Numbered from the stretch's first letter, positions 1 to 13,523 are shown. The stretch: DNA of 64,000 nucleotides from Octopus sinensis (GCF_006345805.1 NC_043020.1:30008001-30072000), one strand, 5' to 3'. The notes: a model not told the origin generated them from the letters alone. Numbers and translations: made by a program.

Positions 1-430
1 AGGGTGTTTATTGGACACCCTGCAGGATGAAAAACAAAACTTGTCAAAGGGCGGAGGAACTTTTGAGAGTCAACGGCCATCCAATAAATGTCTTAAGGCT
101 GTATCATGCGCGGGGACATAGAAATAATCGGACTGAATACCCGATCGCACGGTTAAACCATTGGGAGTGAAGGACTCCTAGCCTTTGTTAGGGAAAGGTA
201 ACTCAGGTAACTGGGATAACTCCGACATAAAACCTGCGGCTCAGTGGTTACCGATGATGTTGACTTGTTCTTCTTTTCGGATTATGGCCGCTGTTGATTA
301 GTGAGTGGGATTGACTCAGTGCACAGCCTTTCCTCACTTTATAAAATCTTCTTGCACAGGCATTGCACGATAACGACATTGATTAAGCTTAGTGCAATGG
401 CCATACTCGATAACGAGGGGGCAGCCACCA

Positions 431-495
431 TGTATGTATGTATGTATGTATGTATGTATGTATGTATGTATGTATGTATGTATATGTATGTGTAT
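431..495. repeat. (TATG)n microsatellite
   Basis: Direct tandem TATG run. Confidence 0.95.
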
Positions 496-499
496 GTCT

Positions 500-720
500 T
501 TGTGTTTTTCTTTTTGTGTATTTCCTGTTGTCCACCGCTTGACAACCGGTGTTGGCTTCTTTACGTCACCGTAACTTAGTGGTTCGGCAAAAGAAACCCA
601 TGAATAATTACAAGACATTAAAAAATAAGCACTGGGGGTGATTTACTCGACTTGACCCTTCAAGGCAGTGTCCCAATATGGCCGTAGTCCAATGACTGAA
701 AGAAGTAAAATATAAAAATA
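500..720 (+). mobile_element. SINE family B, 3' half
   Basis: Matches the 3' half of the copy at 39858-40232 (cgcttgacaaccg...gtaacttagtggttcggcaaaag...atggccgtagtccaatgactgaa). Confidence 0.8.
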
Positions 721-1001
721 CGCCTTCTAATCGATCAAGGATGGCCTTGACTTAAACAACAACAACAACAATAACAATGATAGCCAATAGATTGATTGAA
801 ATTAATCGATTACAGTCGTTCAAAGCAATCAAACTGTCGATAGATTTTGCACCGATCGATTTCTATGGAGCCTTATTTTGTGTTGTAAAAGAAACAATAT
901 TCCGAATGAAGTGGAACAAGAATAAAACGGAAAACGGGATTACGACATTCCGACCCCCCCTCATTGATCGGAAAAGTTCTGCTAAGGATCACTTCTTTTA
1001 G

Positions 1002-1037
<36 letters not shown>

Positions 1038-1114
1038 TATCATTATTATTTTTATTATTATTATTAGACTTCTTCAATTATTGGAGTGTGGCTATGCCGG
1101 TGGTGTTGGTGTTG

Positions 1115-1146
<32 letters not shown>

Positions 1147-1449
1147 GGTGGAAGAAATCGTTGCCAAGGTTTATTTTAGGTGATTACATCGATCTAAATA
1201 TCTATTTCTGTCTGGTACTTGTTTTATCGATCTCTGTTCATCGAACAGCTTTAATGAAAAGTTATACTTTTAACGTAAAGGGAAGCAACTGGACTTATCA
1301 TCTTACATGGTTAAAAAAAACACCAGATACGTGCATGCGCACATATGCATATCTACCTACCTACCTACTTACCTACCTACATACATACAGTCTGACAGAC
1401 AGACGAATAGATGGATACACACGAACACACACATATATGTATTTATGTA

Positions 1450-1457
1450 GATATATC

Positions 1458-1492
<35 letters not shown>

Positions 1493-1589
1493 CGTGTTTC
1501 GTCTTGAATCAAACGTTTTCATGGCTACCTTGAAGGACTCGTAATCTTGTCATATACATACATACATATATATGTATATATATATATAC

Positions 1590-1662
<73 letters not shown>
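1450..1662. repeat. (TA)n/(TACA)n microsatellite block
   Basis: Direct inspection. Confidence 0.95.
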
Positions 1663-1666
<4 letters not shown>

Positions 1667-1755
1667 TTCTCTAAAATTTCTTTAAACAGTCACTTCCGCT
1701 TGCAGTGGTATGTTTTAGGCAAAGATGAATTTATAAAAAAAATTCTTTCTGCGAG

Positions 1756-1959
1756 CAGATCTGATTGTGATTCGTTAACAAATTGATGACGTTTTTCTTC
1801 CGTGGTCAAGCTTGTCGTTCTGCTTGGTTGGTTTCCTTACAGGATACAATTATGGGTCAGATCTGATTTTGATTCGTTAAAAAATTGATGACGTTTTTCT
1901 TCCATGGTCAAGCTTGTCGTTCTGCTTGGTTGGTTTCCTTACAGGATACCGTTATGGAT
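1756..1959. repeat. 102-bp tandem duplication (2 copies)
   Basis: cagatctgatt...ttatgg starts at 1756 and again at 1858, with few substitutions. Confidence 0.9.
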
Positions 1960-2489
1960 CTTTTCCTTGTATTCGTTGAAGTTTGGTTTTGATTGGTTTG
2001 GAATTATGTGACGTCAGTGAACAGTGCCAGTGAACCGACCACTATTGCTGCTACGATCAACAGTCCTCTACTACTGCTGCTGCTGCTGCCACGGCCACAG
2101 CTTAACTGCTACAACTCCAACCACCACCAAGGTTGCCAAAATTACGACCAACAATAACAGCCACAAGTTACTACTACTACGACCAACAATCACTACTGTT
2201 GCTACCATTGGAACACAAGGTAACAAAAAAGCGGTTCCTTTTGATACCAGCAAGAAACAATAATGGACTTCTTCACTACACTCAACAGTAATATAGCGAT
2301 TATACCAACTACCGACAAAACACCACCACATGGATTCTATTGAGACCAGTAAGAAACGATTATGAACTTTTCTATTGCACTTTTTATAATATATTTGATA
2401 AGGTTCGTTTTTTCAAGAACCGAAACATGTAAAATTCATAAGAAAATTAAAATTTATCTAATATAGTGGCGTTTTCAAACTTCTTTTTT

Positions 2490-2543
<54 letters not shown>

Positions 2544-2615
2544 ATTCAGGGTGAATACTTGATAAATGTAAGCACCTCTATATGCCAGCTAGTAGCATAG
2601 GTGAGAGGATATATG

Positions 2616-3046
2616 TATCAAATGAAATAAAATGAAAAACAGGACACAAAGGATGTCGCGGTACACATGTTTCGAGCTTTATAAAACAACTTATTCTTAC
2701 ATCAATGTATAATCGACATAACAGATAGTTTAAAGCCCTCTTCAGTCGCATGCAATTGCTACACTAAAGGCTTGTATCACATTATGAAAGGTTTGAGAAA
2801 GAACATTTGGTATTATTTATAATGGTAGGTAAACCGAGTAACACTGGGAAAGTATGTTTGTAAATCTTCATAATCAGATAGGCGTACAGGGTATTATTAG
2901 ACTCTAAAAAATCGTCCATATTGTCCATCTGTTATGTCGGTTATGCATTGATGTAAGAATAAGTTGTTCTATAAAGCTCGAAACATATGTACCGCGACAT
3001 CCTTTGTGTCCTTTGTGTCCTGTTTTTCATTTTATTTCATTTGATA
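2616..3046. repeat. Inverted repeat (arms 2616-2726 and 2927-3046), Penelope-type inverted terminus
   Basis: Arms are reverse complements; the right arm has a 9-bp ctttgtgtc duplication. Confidence 0.85.
2657..2750 (-). ncRNA. Type I hammerhead-like motif (CUGAAGA...GAAAC...GUA)
   Basis: CTGAAGA core, 8-bp stem II gggcttta/taaagctc, GAAAC-atgt-GTA, stem I with a mismatch at the first pair. Confidence 0.55.
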
Positions 3047-3399
3047 TATATATATATATTATATATATATATAATATATATATTATATATATATATATAT
3101 ATACATTCACTCATACATACATACATACATACATACATACATACATACATACTACATACATACATACATACATACATACGTACGTACGTACGTACGTACA
3201 TACATGTATATAGATTTAAAGCCAGTCGTTTTTCTCCTTCTATATACACAGACACGGCAGAAGTAAATAGACACCCTTACAATCGTGAAACTTTATTTAA
3301 ATCCGAAATTATACATTCAAATCATTTATTAATTGTTAAGAGAAAATCTAATATTTAGTAGGCATGTCCTTTGCATTTTTCAGTGCAAGGACCCTATTA

Positions 3400-4060
3400 G
3401 GCATCTTACTGATCAGATGATGAATATTTTCTTGAGGAATTTCTTGCCAAGTTTCAAGCAGTCATCTCAAAAGATCTGGATTTGAAGATTCTTTTTACGA
3501 AGTGTCCTGTCCAATTAAGTTCCAGAGGCGTTCAATAGGGTTCATATCTGGTGATTGGCTTGGCACTGGAAGCTTTTTAATGCCATTCTCGTCCAACATT
3601 TCTTGGATCTCTTAAGCCGTGTGACAAGGAACCCCATCTTCCATAAATAAAGAGTATTTTTTAATCATTTCACCACTGGAGAAAATTGGAAGGAGTCCCT
3701 TCTGTAATATGGACACATATTTGTCTGAGTTTATCTTCCTCTCACAATCTACCAACTTGGATCGACCTTTGCTCCAAATTGCTCCCCAGACCACCTCAAA
3801 AGAGCCGCCATGTTTCATTGATGGCTGCAATCTTTTCGCATCAATTTCTTGATCTTAGAGTCTTCAGACCCACACTTGACCACTGTCAGAAATTACAGCC
3901 AATATGGACTCATCAGAGAATATGACAGTGTTCAAAAATGCTAGTCACCTCTCCACCATCTCACTTCATATTGGCTGGTCGAAGAAGTAGTTTCCTTCTT
4001 GCTGCTCTGCCATAGTGGTCACGTTTATGAAGATACCTGACAGCTGTTCTTGTTAACAAG
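3400..4060 (-). mobile_element. Tc1-family transposase fossil (DD34E), with in-frame stops
   Basis: Translated motifs VIFSDES, KHGG..VVWGAI, FMEDGVPCHTA*, SQSPDMNPIERLW; 34 codons between the second D and the E. Confidence 0.9.
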
Positions 4061-4084
4061 GGAAAAATACACACATCTATTTAT

Positions 4085-4087
4085 ATA

Positions 4088-4183
<96 letters not shown>

Positions 4184-4359
4184 AATCAGTATAAACAGCC
4201 ATATATATATATAGTATATATATATGTGTGTATATATACTATATATATAATATATATAATGTATATATAAAATATATATAATGTATATATAATATATATA
4301 TAATATATATAATGTATATATACATATATATATATAAATCAATATAAACAGTCATATAT

Positions 4360-4402
<43 letters not shown>

Positions 4403-4460
4403 TATATATGTGTATGTGTGTGTGTATATTATATACACACACGTATGTATATATATATAT
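4085..4460. repeat. Compound (TA)n microsatellite
   Basis: Direct inspection. Confidence 0.95.
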
Positions 4461-5573
4461 AGTGAGAGAGAAAGAGAGGGAGAGGTAAGCGGACCGACAG
4501 ACAGATAACTACAGTATATGTGTTTGCGTGTTTAAAAGGGGTATTTAAATGGGGATGGATTGTCATTTTTTTTTCGTTTTGTTTCATTTCGAATGACGTA
4601 GATTCTTTTGCGATACACACCACTATTTCACCTCCTCATTTCCCCCGCCTCTCTCTCCTCTGCTCTTCCTCCTCCTCTGTCCTTCCTCCTCCTCCTCCTT
4701 GTTCTTCATTTTTCTCTTTTGTCTAACATTGCTTTTCCAACAGATCCAAATTCCAGCAGATCTTGATTTCTAAAATGTGTTCATTTTGTGGAAATCAAAT
4801 CATTTATTGCATTAGGAATCTTTTTTTAAAAAAAAAATTACATTTATTCATGAAGAAAATTGAATAATCAAAGCTCCTGGCATGAATATTTTGTAGAATT
4901 TATAATTCTTTTTAGTCACGCTATTAGCGATATTTTGTAAATGTTACGCCAGTTCTAGAATTCTCCATCGAATGCTGCAATTAAAGATTACTTCTTTTTA
5001 AAAGTTCATGAATTCAATTTTGGTTTAGTCTGTCATCAGAAAGAGAAAAAGAGAAAGAGAAACAACTGTGCCTCCCTGTCACCAGAAAGAAGAAAATATA
5101 AGGAAATGAAAGTGTTACATCGAATGAATAGTACAACCCTCTGTCACCGATAGAAACGAATTGAGCCTCGTTCTGGATCTGGAACCAAACGTACAAAGTT
5201 GTTAGTCGCCATTATTGACGACAATCATTGCTTGGTCATCGGTTGGGGATGGATTAAATAATCCTGCTGCACACCAGAAGTTGGTTTTTATCCTAAATAC
5301 GTCCATGAAACGTTTGTGTTGTCAACGCACAATGTCTGAAAAACGAAGCTTTTCCACGAAGGCAAAATATAATAGTGATTAGCATATACCCGTTCGAATC
5401 TGCCAGAACATGTTAAGAATGACTATACGCATTATTATTTTGATGGTCACTGTTTCACGTGCTCATGATAATTTATTATTGACTTGGTAAATATGAGCAT
5501 GTATCAGCAAATAATTGGCTGGATTCTATAAACACCGTCTACCATTCTTGTTTAGATTCACATATACGGGTAG

Positions 5574-5620
5574 CTTTGACTGAGGAGACACAATGAAGTC
5601 GAAACACCGGGGTTTCAAAG
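5574..5620 (+). ncRNA. Minimal type I hammerhead ribozyme motif
   Basis: Stem I CTTTGA/TCAAAG, CTGAGGA core (5580-5586), stem II GAC/GTC, GAAAC, near-palindromic stem III ACACCGGGGT, GUU triplet. Confidence 0.65.
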
Positions 5621-7418
5621 TCACCCTATGTCAACACACTTTATCTGAAGGGAGAACCTGTTCTCAAAAGGCAAAATACAACAGCGATGCATCAAAACAA
5701 GGAATCATCATCACGAAATAAGATTCTTGAGATAAAAAAAAATGTTTGAATGTTGTTGACTGCGTCTACCTTGGCAGACGAAAGAACAAGTACCCGTGTC
5801 CGTTTCCTCTGTTTTATTTCATTTTGTGTTGCAAATATGAAAAAAAAAACTACAGCATCGATATTTTTGGTACCAAAGCAGCAATTTTTGAGAATTTTCC
5901 TGGTCTTGCAATGACATTTCCAGTAAAAACTAAGGAAAGGAAGTCATTGAAATCATAAACAATGTTAGACCCGGGGACTTTTTACTGCTTCCACCACAAA
6001 TTTATTTCCTACATGGACTATGAAATTGTTCAACTAAATTTATGTTTTCTGATCTTCTGAATGTTGTGCATAGGATTCTAGCCGCATTTTTTTTCCTGTC
6101 AGTGAAATCGTTTTAACATGTTTACATAAAGGGGAATAATTGAAGCTACTGTCAAGTATCTGCGGAAAGAAATTTTTTAGCTTAAAAGAAATATTTTAAT
6201 AAGGTTCTCATTCGTCTGAAATATTTTCTATTGATTTTAAGTTTATAACAATATTTTATTTCAATTTCCACTTGCATTTTACGTTAAGGGACGTAAACTG
6301 GAAAAAAAAAAAAAATTGAAAATTCTATAAATTGAAAAAAATATAAAAAATGTTTCCGATAAATGTAAAAATATATACATGTCGGCTGACAGTGAAAAGT
6401 GCTTTTAGGTTGCGTCTAGAATTACATTTATCTGCGACTTCTAAGATGTTGTTTGGCTGGTGTTTTTAACAGGTTTATCGTATCTATGCATGGTTTAAAA
6501 ACATAAGAAATTGAAATTGTATTAAATTTCAGGAAGTGAAACAACGCTTTTAATGAATGTATAAATATATACATTTCAGGCATTGGAATACGTCTACGAG
6601 TAAAGAAACAATAAGAGCTGTAAATCCCATAAGCCTTAATTTATGATAGAAAAGAGAAAATATAATTTCAAAGGAAAAGAACGAATTGTTTTAATTTTAA
6701 AAACTAATTGAAACTTTAACGGAAATTTCAGACTGTATCGTTGATTTTCGTTACATGGCGTTGAACGCTGTTGGAAATAAAAGCCAAACAACACTGTTGC
6801 ATTGAGGAGTCACGCATTAATGCTACCTTACATATATAAGCTGAACATACATACAAACACACACACATACATACATACATACATACATACATACACACAC
6901 ACATACTGTTGTATAGTGAAACTGTACAAAGTGGTCGTAAAAAGTGGTAGTAACCAGCCATTATCAATAGACCAGTAGCCGGTCGACAGGCAGAGAAGGT
7001 CAAAAGGTCGGAAGGTTGAGAGTACGTGTAGATTGTGTTGATAGTCGTGTCTATGCTGATACAGGAATTATACTGTGATACTGAGTGGACGTTATAACGA
7101 TCCAACCTTTTGAGGATAACAGCACTGTAGGACCGGGGATCGTACAGTGCCAAATAGAACCATTCTATCGACTACTTCGGAATATAACAATATCTGTCAG
7201 AGTGACAACCGTCGTCAAAAGACATACAACAGTGGCAAAAGACCGCTTTACAACACGTACATACATATATAAAATTATAAATAACGAGAGAAATATACCA
7301 TGTTTATTTTACCATTGGTAATTCGTATTTAACGACAATTGTTTTTGCAGCTTAATAAACTTGCATAGATAATTAATTTTATTTTAACCCGAGGAGCTAG
7401 TCAATATCTGCATTAATA

Positions 7419-7465
<47 letters not shown>

Positions 7466-7478
7466 GGTATTTAATGTT

Positions 7479-7830
7479 AAAAATATATTTTGTAATGTTC
7501 ATAAAGTCCAATTGGCAGTTTCATACGTTGGTAGTAATCATCAGATTTCAAAATGTACTTAACCGAGAGTTGAGTTCTTGACAACTGTGTTACCTCCTCG
7601 AATGCTCCAACAAGCTGAATGTTTGGAAAGCGGGTTTTGATCAATCCACATGCATCTTAAACGTCATGGTTTGCCGGGCGCACCGATATTCTGTAATTGT
7701 AGGAGCGTTCGAAGAGGTACTAATGTTGTCAAGAACTCAACTGTCAGTTAAATACATTTTGAAATCTGATGATTACTACCAACGTATGAAAGCGTTAATT
7801 GAACTTTATTAACATTACAAAATATTTTTT
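7479..7830. repeat. Inverted repeat (arms 7479-7613 and 7697-7830) with degenerate CUGAUGA...GAAA core
   Basis: Arms are reverse complements with scattered substitutions; CTGATGA at 7766-7772 and GAAA at 7788-7791. Confidence 0.85.
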
Positions 7831-10160
7831 GCATGTACGTGTACATACATATATATGCACACGTACATGTGTGTATGTGTTTGTCATGGATATGACATTT
7901 AACTGCATCCGGCGGGAGGCTCCAGTTCGGAAATTCTGGAGTTGTGGGGAGTGTGGAGTCGTCTCCTAATTGCCATTACTCCCAGGTCCCTTTCTAACAC
8001 GGAACGGTAGTACCTTTCAGGGTTCCTTCTATGGGTTAAAAAGATTTCCCAGGAGTAGAGGCGCTTCCAATTATTTTTGACAAAGCCGTGGGGAAGCTGG
8101 CTCTTCTAGGAAGAAGACATGGACTTGCAATCAAAATGGAACCATTCTTCTTGCAATGTTTGTCACTGGAAACAACCATGGCCACCACGGTGTAAGACAG
8201 AAGCCGGAACCAGGTGGTTGCAAACTGAACTTCTTAAAAACATAAACAACATATTCTCTTGCAGTCGTCTGTCACATTATTTTATCAATAATGAACTTTT
8301 GTCCGACGCACGGACATTATCAATATCTGTCCAGCATTCGACATTCATTCACGAACGGTAGATCAAGTCTGGAGATAAACTAATTACCTGGCAATACCAG
8401 TTCAATATTAGTTATATAGGTAGAAGATCATTTGATTGGTCAGGATATTCGTTAGTTTATCACCAAGATTGATCACCTTTACATCTTACGCTTTCCTCAG
8501 TTTGACATTTCTCATTCCAGATAATCACACGACTCTGCACGCAGATTAAAATATATTTCGGTTGTCGTAGACGTAATCAAATTATAGACGTTTCAGCCGG
8601 ATCGATGAGGTTTCGCATTTTACTCACTCGTTTATTTATTTAACTATTTGGATGCAGAGATGGGTTACACACTAAGAAAGTAGACTGTACCTTAACCTTC
8701 AGTGGAAATTTACCATTGACAATGGCGTTGGTATGCAAATTTGGACTTACAAGAGATTATAAAAACCCCGAGCCATCGCATAAGTTGACATCAATGCAGA
8801 AGCTGCACTGGAGGCAAAATACCGTATTTGCCGGAGTATTCGATGCACTCACGCATATGACACACTCCTAATCTACAATTATATTTTATGGAAGAAAGGA
8901 ATGTGGTATGCTTTATAATAATCAGATTGAAAGAGATTTTAAAGTAGCTTTGTAAGGAGCGGGGAATGGTATGACTCTGTGCATGTAAATATAATATTGG
9001 GACACGAAACAAGCTTAAGTGTGAAACCATAAAGTTGTAAATAAACTGGATTATAGGAATGCCGGATTTCCATCTTATCTCCTTTCAGATCAGCTGTTTA
9101 GTTGACTGAGAGAGAATTAACGAGATGCAAAATTCGTATTTTTGTTTATAAAGTTTTATGTAACTGGGTTCGGCTGTCAGGGTAGCTCACCACCGCTATG
9201 GTTTTGTTGTCATCTACTCATGGCAAATAACCGACGACTGGCAGATGAAAACTTAACATCTTTCCTCTCTTTCTAGTAGAAGATTTTTTTTTTGCATTTA
9301 GATAATTAAAAGAAAAGGTTTCCATAATGTAACAGAGTCATTAAATAATGCAAGACGTTTCGTCAGGTTTGCCTTCTGCATGCTGAGGAAGGAAATATAA
9401 TGAGATGCTGGGACATAACTTGGCAGAGGGAATTTCCGTCTTACAAGAACATTTGTATCAGTCCTGGTATCAAACAGCGCATTTGCCTTGAATCTATTGG
9501 GGAAATCCACTTCATATATGTTAAAACCCGAAAGATTCTGACATCAACAGAATCTGTCACAGAAACAGTGATGCTGGCAGGTTCCACATCAAAAGAAGCG
9601 GCAGAGAAAGAGGCTCGAAACCAGCCCAGATGCTCGTTTAATGTCGTACAGCGTTACTCAGGCGGTTAATACTAAACAACAGCAAAAAATAAACACAAGG
9701 CGGTGCCCCAGCAAATGGCGGTGCCCCAGCATGACCACTGCTTGTGAGCTGAAACTAAATAAAATTTTAAAAAATACATCAACCAATTGCTTAAAAATGA
9801 ATAAACATCACATGAGTCTGAAATGAGTTTCTCAAAGAAGTACGGCTTTTGATGATGTTCCTGGTGGCCCCAAGAACTTAGACTAATGACACAGGGTCAG
9901 TTTGACCGAATTTTAGATTATTGGGAAAAGTAACGCACAGAGGCCCACTACATATCAAAAACAACAACATAAACTGATTAGCATTGACTCTCTAGACCCA
10001 CGGGGGCCTCCGGGCAGTGGACTCGTGCCTTCAAAGGGTGTTGAGTATTCCTCAGCAAAGATTTGGAGGAGAAAAAGTTTGCACAAAGCAAAAGAGTATT
10101 ACACGTGGTTATGTTTCTTGTAAACTTGAGGATGACGTCAGAATCGGTTTCAAATTTTGA

Positions 10161-10557
10161 CACAAGGCTAGCAATTAAGGGGGAGGGTAGGGGTCAGACT
10201 GGTACTTATTTTATGGACCCCAAAATGATGAATGGCAAGGTGGTCCTCGGAGGAATTTGAACTCACAATGTAAAATCGGACAAAATGCCGCTAAGCATTT
10301 TACCAGGAGTGTTAACGATTCTGACAGCTCGCCGTCTTCAGGATGGCGTTAATATCCTTTCTACTCTCGGCATAAAGTATGAACTTTTGGGAGAGGAGGT
10401 AAGTTGATTACACGAACTCTGGTGATCGTCTGGTACTTATTTTATCGACCCCGAAAGAATGAAAAGCAAAGTCGACCTCGACAGAATTTGAACTCAGAAC
10501 GCAAAGGCAAACGAAATTTTGAGCAGCATGCTAAAGATTCTTTCAGCTGACCGCCTT
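10161..10557 (-). mobile_element. Two adjacent degenerate SINE family A copies
   Basis: gaccccgaaagaatgaaaagcaaagtcgacctcgacagaatttgaactcagaac and a related upstream copy. Confidence 0.75.
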
Positions 10558-10930
10558 GCGGATGGCGTTAATGTCGACAGGAAGTGAGGCCTCTTCTGGA
10601 CTCGTGGCCGCTTCAACACGGAACATTTTAACATTTTGTTGGTTAAAATTTTGCAGTCTAAGTGCAGCAAATAGCTACAAAAAATATTTATCGAAAAAAA
10701 CAGAGACTATAGCGTTCAAACTCCCACGGAAATGCGACCAAAAAATGTGTCACATTTCCGTGGGAGATGCTAACTAACTAATGTTATCTACAGTTACCGA
10801 AACTCTCGTAATATTTAGGAACGACTTCCAAAGTGACATTTTGATTTTGCTAATATACGATGCCTTCCGAAGGAAAGATTGCCATTGGATAAAGATGGAA
10901 AATATTTCTAACCATCTTTTATCTTCTACC

Positions 10931-11161
10931 TATTTCTTTACTACCCACAAGGGGCTAAACACAGAGGGAACAGACAAGGACAGACAAACGGATTAAGTCG
11001 ATTATATCGACCCCAGTGCGTAACTGGAATTTAATTTATCGACCCCGAAAGGATGAAAGGCAAAGTCGACCTTGGCGGAATTTGAACTCAGAACGTAACG
11101 GCAGACGAAATACGGTTACGCATTTCGCCCGGCGTGCTAACCACTCTGCCAGCTCGCCGCC
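10931..11161 (-). mobile_element. SINE family A (tRNA-derived head), well preserved
   Basis: Reverse complement of the copy at 45685-45897; head ggcggcgagctggcag and B-box-like gagttcaaattcc. Confidence 0.9.
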
Positions 11162-11167
11162 TTAATC

Positions 11168-11385
11168 ATCTTTTATCTTCTACCCGTTTCAGCCATTGGA
11201 TTGACTGCGGCCATGCCGGAGCACCGCCTTGAAGGGTTTAGGAAAATAAATCGACTCCAGTACTTATTCCATCAGTCTCTTTTGCCGAATCGCTACGTTA
11301 CGAGGATATTAACGAAAACCAACCCTGGTTGTGAAGCGGTAGGGGGAGGGACGAACACAGGCACAAGGACTCACACACGCGCGCA
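11168..11385 (-). mobile_element. SINE family B, 3' half
   Basis: gactgcggccatgccggagcaccgcc...ttttgccgaatcgctacgttacg. Confidence 0.75.
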
Positions 11386-12052
11386 CGTGTGTGTATTTAC
11401 GTATGTTTACGAGTGAGAGGACAAAGGAAAGAAAGTGGCATTCAGCACGTTTAGCTGGAATTACAAGTATTATTCATTAACAGTTTGATTGGGCTTCATG
11501 TAGCTTAAAACGAATCTCACTGTGTGCAATATATAGTATTTCAAAGTCTTTTCAGTCACTGATGTTGCAAATAGCCAGGAGGCTTACTAAAAAATTAATT
11601 AATAAGGACAGAATTAGTATTAATGCCAAAAAGCAAACTTTATATCCAACTCAACGTGGCTGTTGTGTTAGGACACCGAATATTGCGTTAATTAGCTTCA
11701 GAGGACCTCTCACATGAACAGGCCGTGCATAAAAGCACTCATATCAATATCGTTGGCAGACGACAATCATCTGCTACGGGCACCGGAACGGCCAAATCAC
11801 GAGGTTTCGCCCCACTTGGGCTCATCAGCGGCAGAGGTCCGGAAGCGACATAACAGCCGAATCATACATCCATCCATCCATCCATCAATCCATCCATCCA
11901 TACGTACATACATGCATGCATGTATGCATACATACATAATTATTTCACTCTCTTTCTCTCTCTCTCTCTCTAACCTATACACACTCTTACACTCACACAC
12001 ACACACATATATACATGTAATACGTGCATAGATACATACATACATACATACA

Positions 12053-12086
<34 letters not shown>

Positions 12087-12181
12087 CATACATAAATGTT
12101 TTCCTTCTTGCATCGCTATGAATATCTTAATACTATACACACATATATCTGTTAAAAATTTGTTTATTTCTGTGTTTTGTA

Positions 12182-12233
<52 letters not shown>

Positions 12234-12666
12234 AGTGTTTGAATGTCTCAAAGCAAAAGTAAAATTCCAAAGAAACCAAAGTGAAAAATCTTGGAATCAA
12301 ACTTTAAAAGAAATATCTTTGATGCAAGTGAAAAATCTAAACTTAACCCAATTACACATGCGCGAAGGAAAAAAATTACTGGAAACATATGCGTAGAAAT
12401 ATATATATGTGTGTGTGTGTATGTTAATGAGAAATACGTGTGTGTATATGCGTATGTGAGTGTGTGCGTGTTTGTCTGGATTATGTGAGTTTCAGTGTAT
12501 GTGTCTACAAATATTTTCGTCTCTCAATCCACACACTGCGCATGCGTGAAGAAACAGAGGCGTTGCAGGATATTGACACAACGAAAGGAAAAACTGTGAG
12601 AGACATGTATTGCAAAGGAAAAAAAGAAATCGTTTCACTGGGTTAAGAACTGTTGATTGGATTTTA

Positions 12667-13335
12667 TTACAGGTACATCATCGATTTTGCGGAATCTTTA
12701 CTTCCAGAGACTTTCCAGATTACCGATTTTTCCGGATGGTCACCTTGGTCAACACACTCTAAATTAAACAAATATTAAATTTACTTGAATGAAATACAAG
12801 AATCTGTGTATTAGTATAAATGATACAATTTTTATTGATACTGTACTGTGGAAGGTACTAGTGTGTGCAAGGTACCAATAGACAAATGTGGCGGCTGCGG
12901 CAATTTGAAGTTGCTGTTGGATGTTATAAGAGGTTCCGAACCGTTGGTGTCTGTAAAAGTCGTTGTTGTTACCTGTACCAACTCACCTGAAAAGTCTGCG
13001 TGATTATGAGATTGCTGGAAACTGAGGAGGAAATTAATGACGTGTTTGTAGAAGTAATTTATGTTTTGTTGGAAAGGTAGTTCGGCCAGTGTTTGTAGTT
13101 CGGCAGATCTTGTATATGACAGACCCTCTGATCCTACAGCTTTCTGGAGCCATTCCTACGGTACTTCAAATACGAAGCAAAAATCCATTCATTTTTGCCC
13201 ACTGTTCCTGGAAGGGTCTTGGGGCTAGAGTTCTCCATAGGACCTGACAGAAGTAAGCATCATAACACTTACTTCGTTGTCTGCCATCCCAACCCCCACC
13301 TCTTTTCCTGTCCTCTCTTCCTCCTCTTCTTTCAT
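12667..13335 (-). CDS. Candidate 3-exon small ORF (107 aa; exons 13335-13273, 13155-12987, 12758-12667), no recognised homolog
   Basis: Hand-built model: GT-AG introns, donors GTAAGT and GTGAGT, phase-compatible open frames, AATAAA overlapping the stop. Could be chance. Confidence 0.25.
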
Positions 13336-13369
13336 AATCCCAGAGTATTAGAGCTGAAATAACAACAAC

Positions 13370-13373
13370 AATA

Positions 13374-13433
<60 letters not shown>

Positions 13434-13492
13434 GCTATTGCTGCTGCCGCTGCTGCCGCTGCTGCCGCTGCTGCCGCTGCTGTTGCTGTTGT

Positions 13493-13523
<31 letters not shown>

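Noticed and set aside
1-430. Possible LINE (RTE-like) untranslated region
   Set aside because: Resemblance is from memory only, with no coding motif or second copy in the window to support it
8036-8439. Minus-strand CCAAT+TATA promoter with GCCATGG start of a 49-aa ORF
   Set aside because: The donor lies only about 3 nt after the expected start site, CCAAT-TATA spacing is short, and the stop falls at a repeat boundary
9350-9669. ~105-codon open frame (…MRCWDITWQREF…)
   Set aside because: No recognisable domain and no convincing donor; this length can occur by chance in the window
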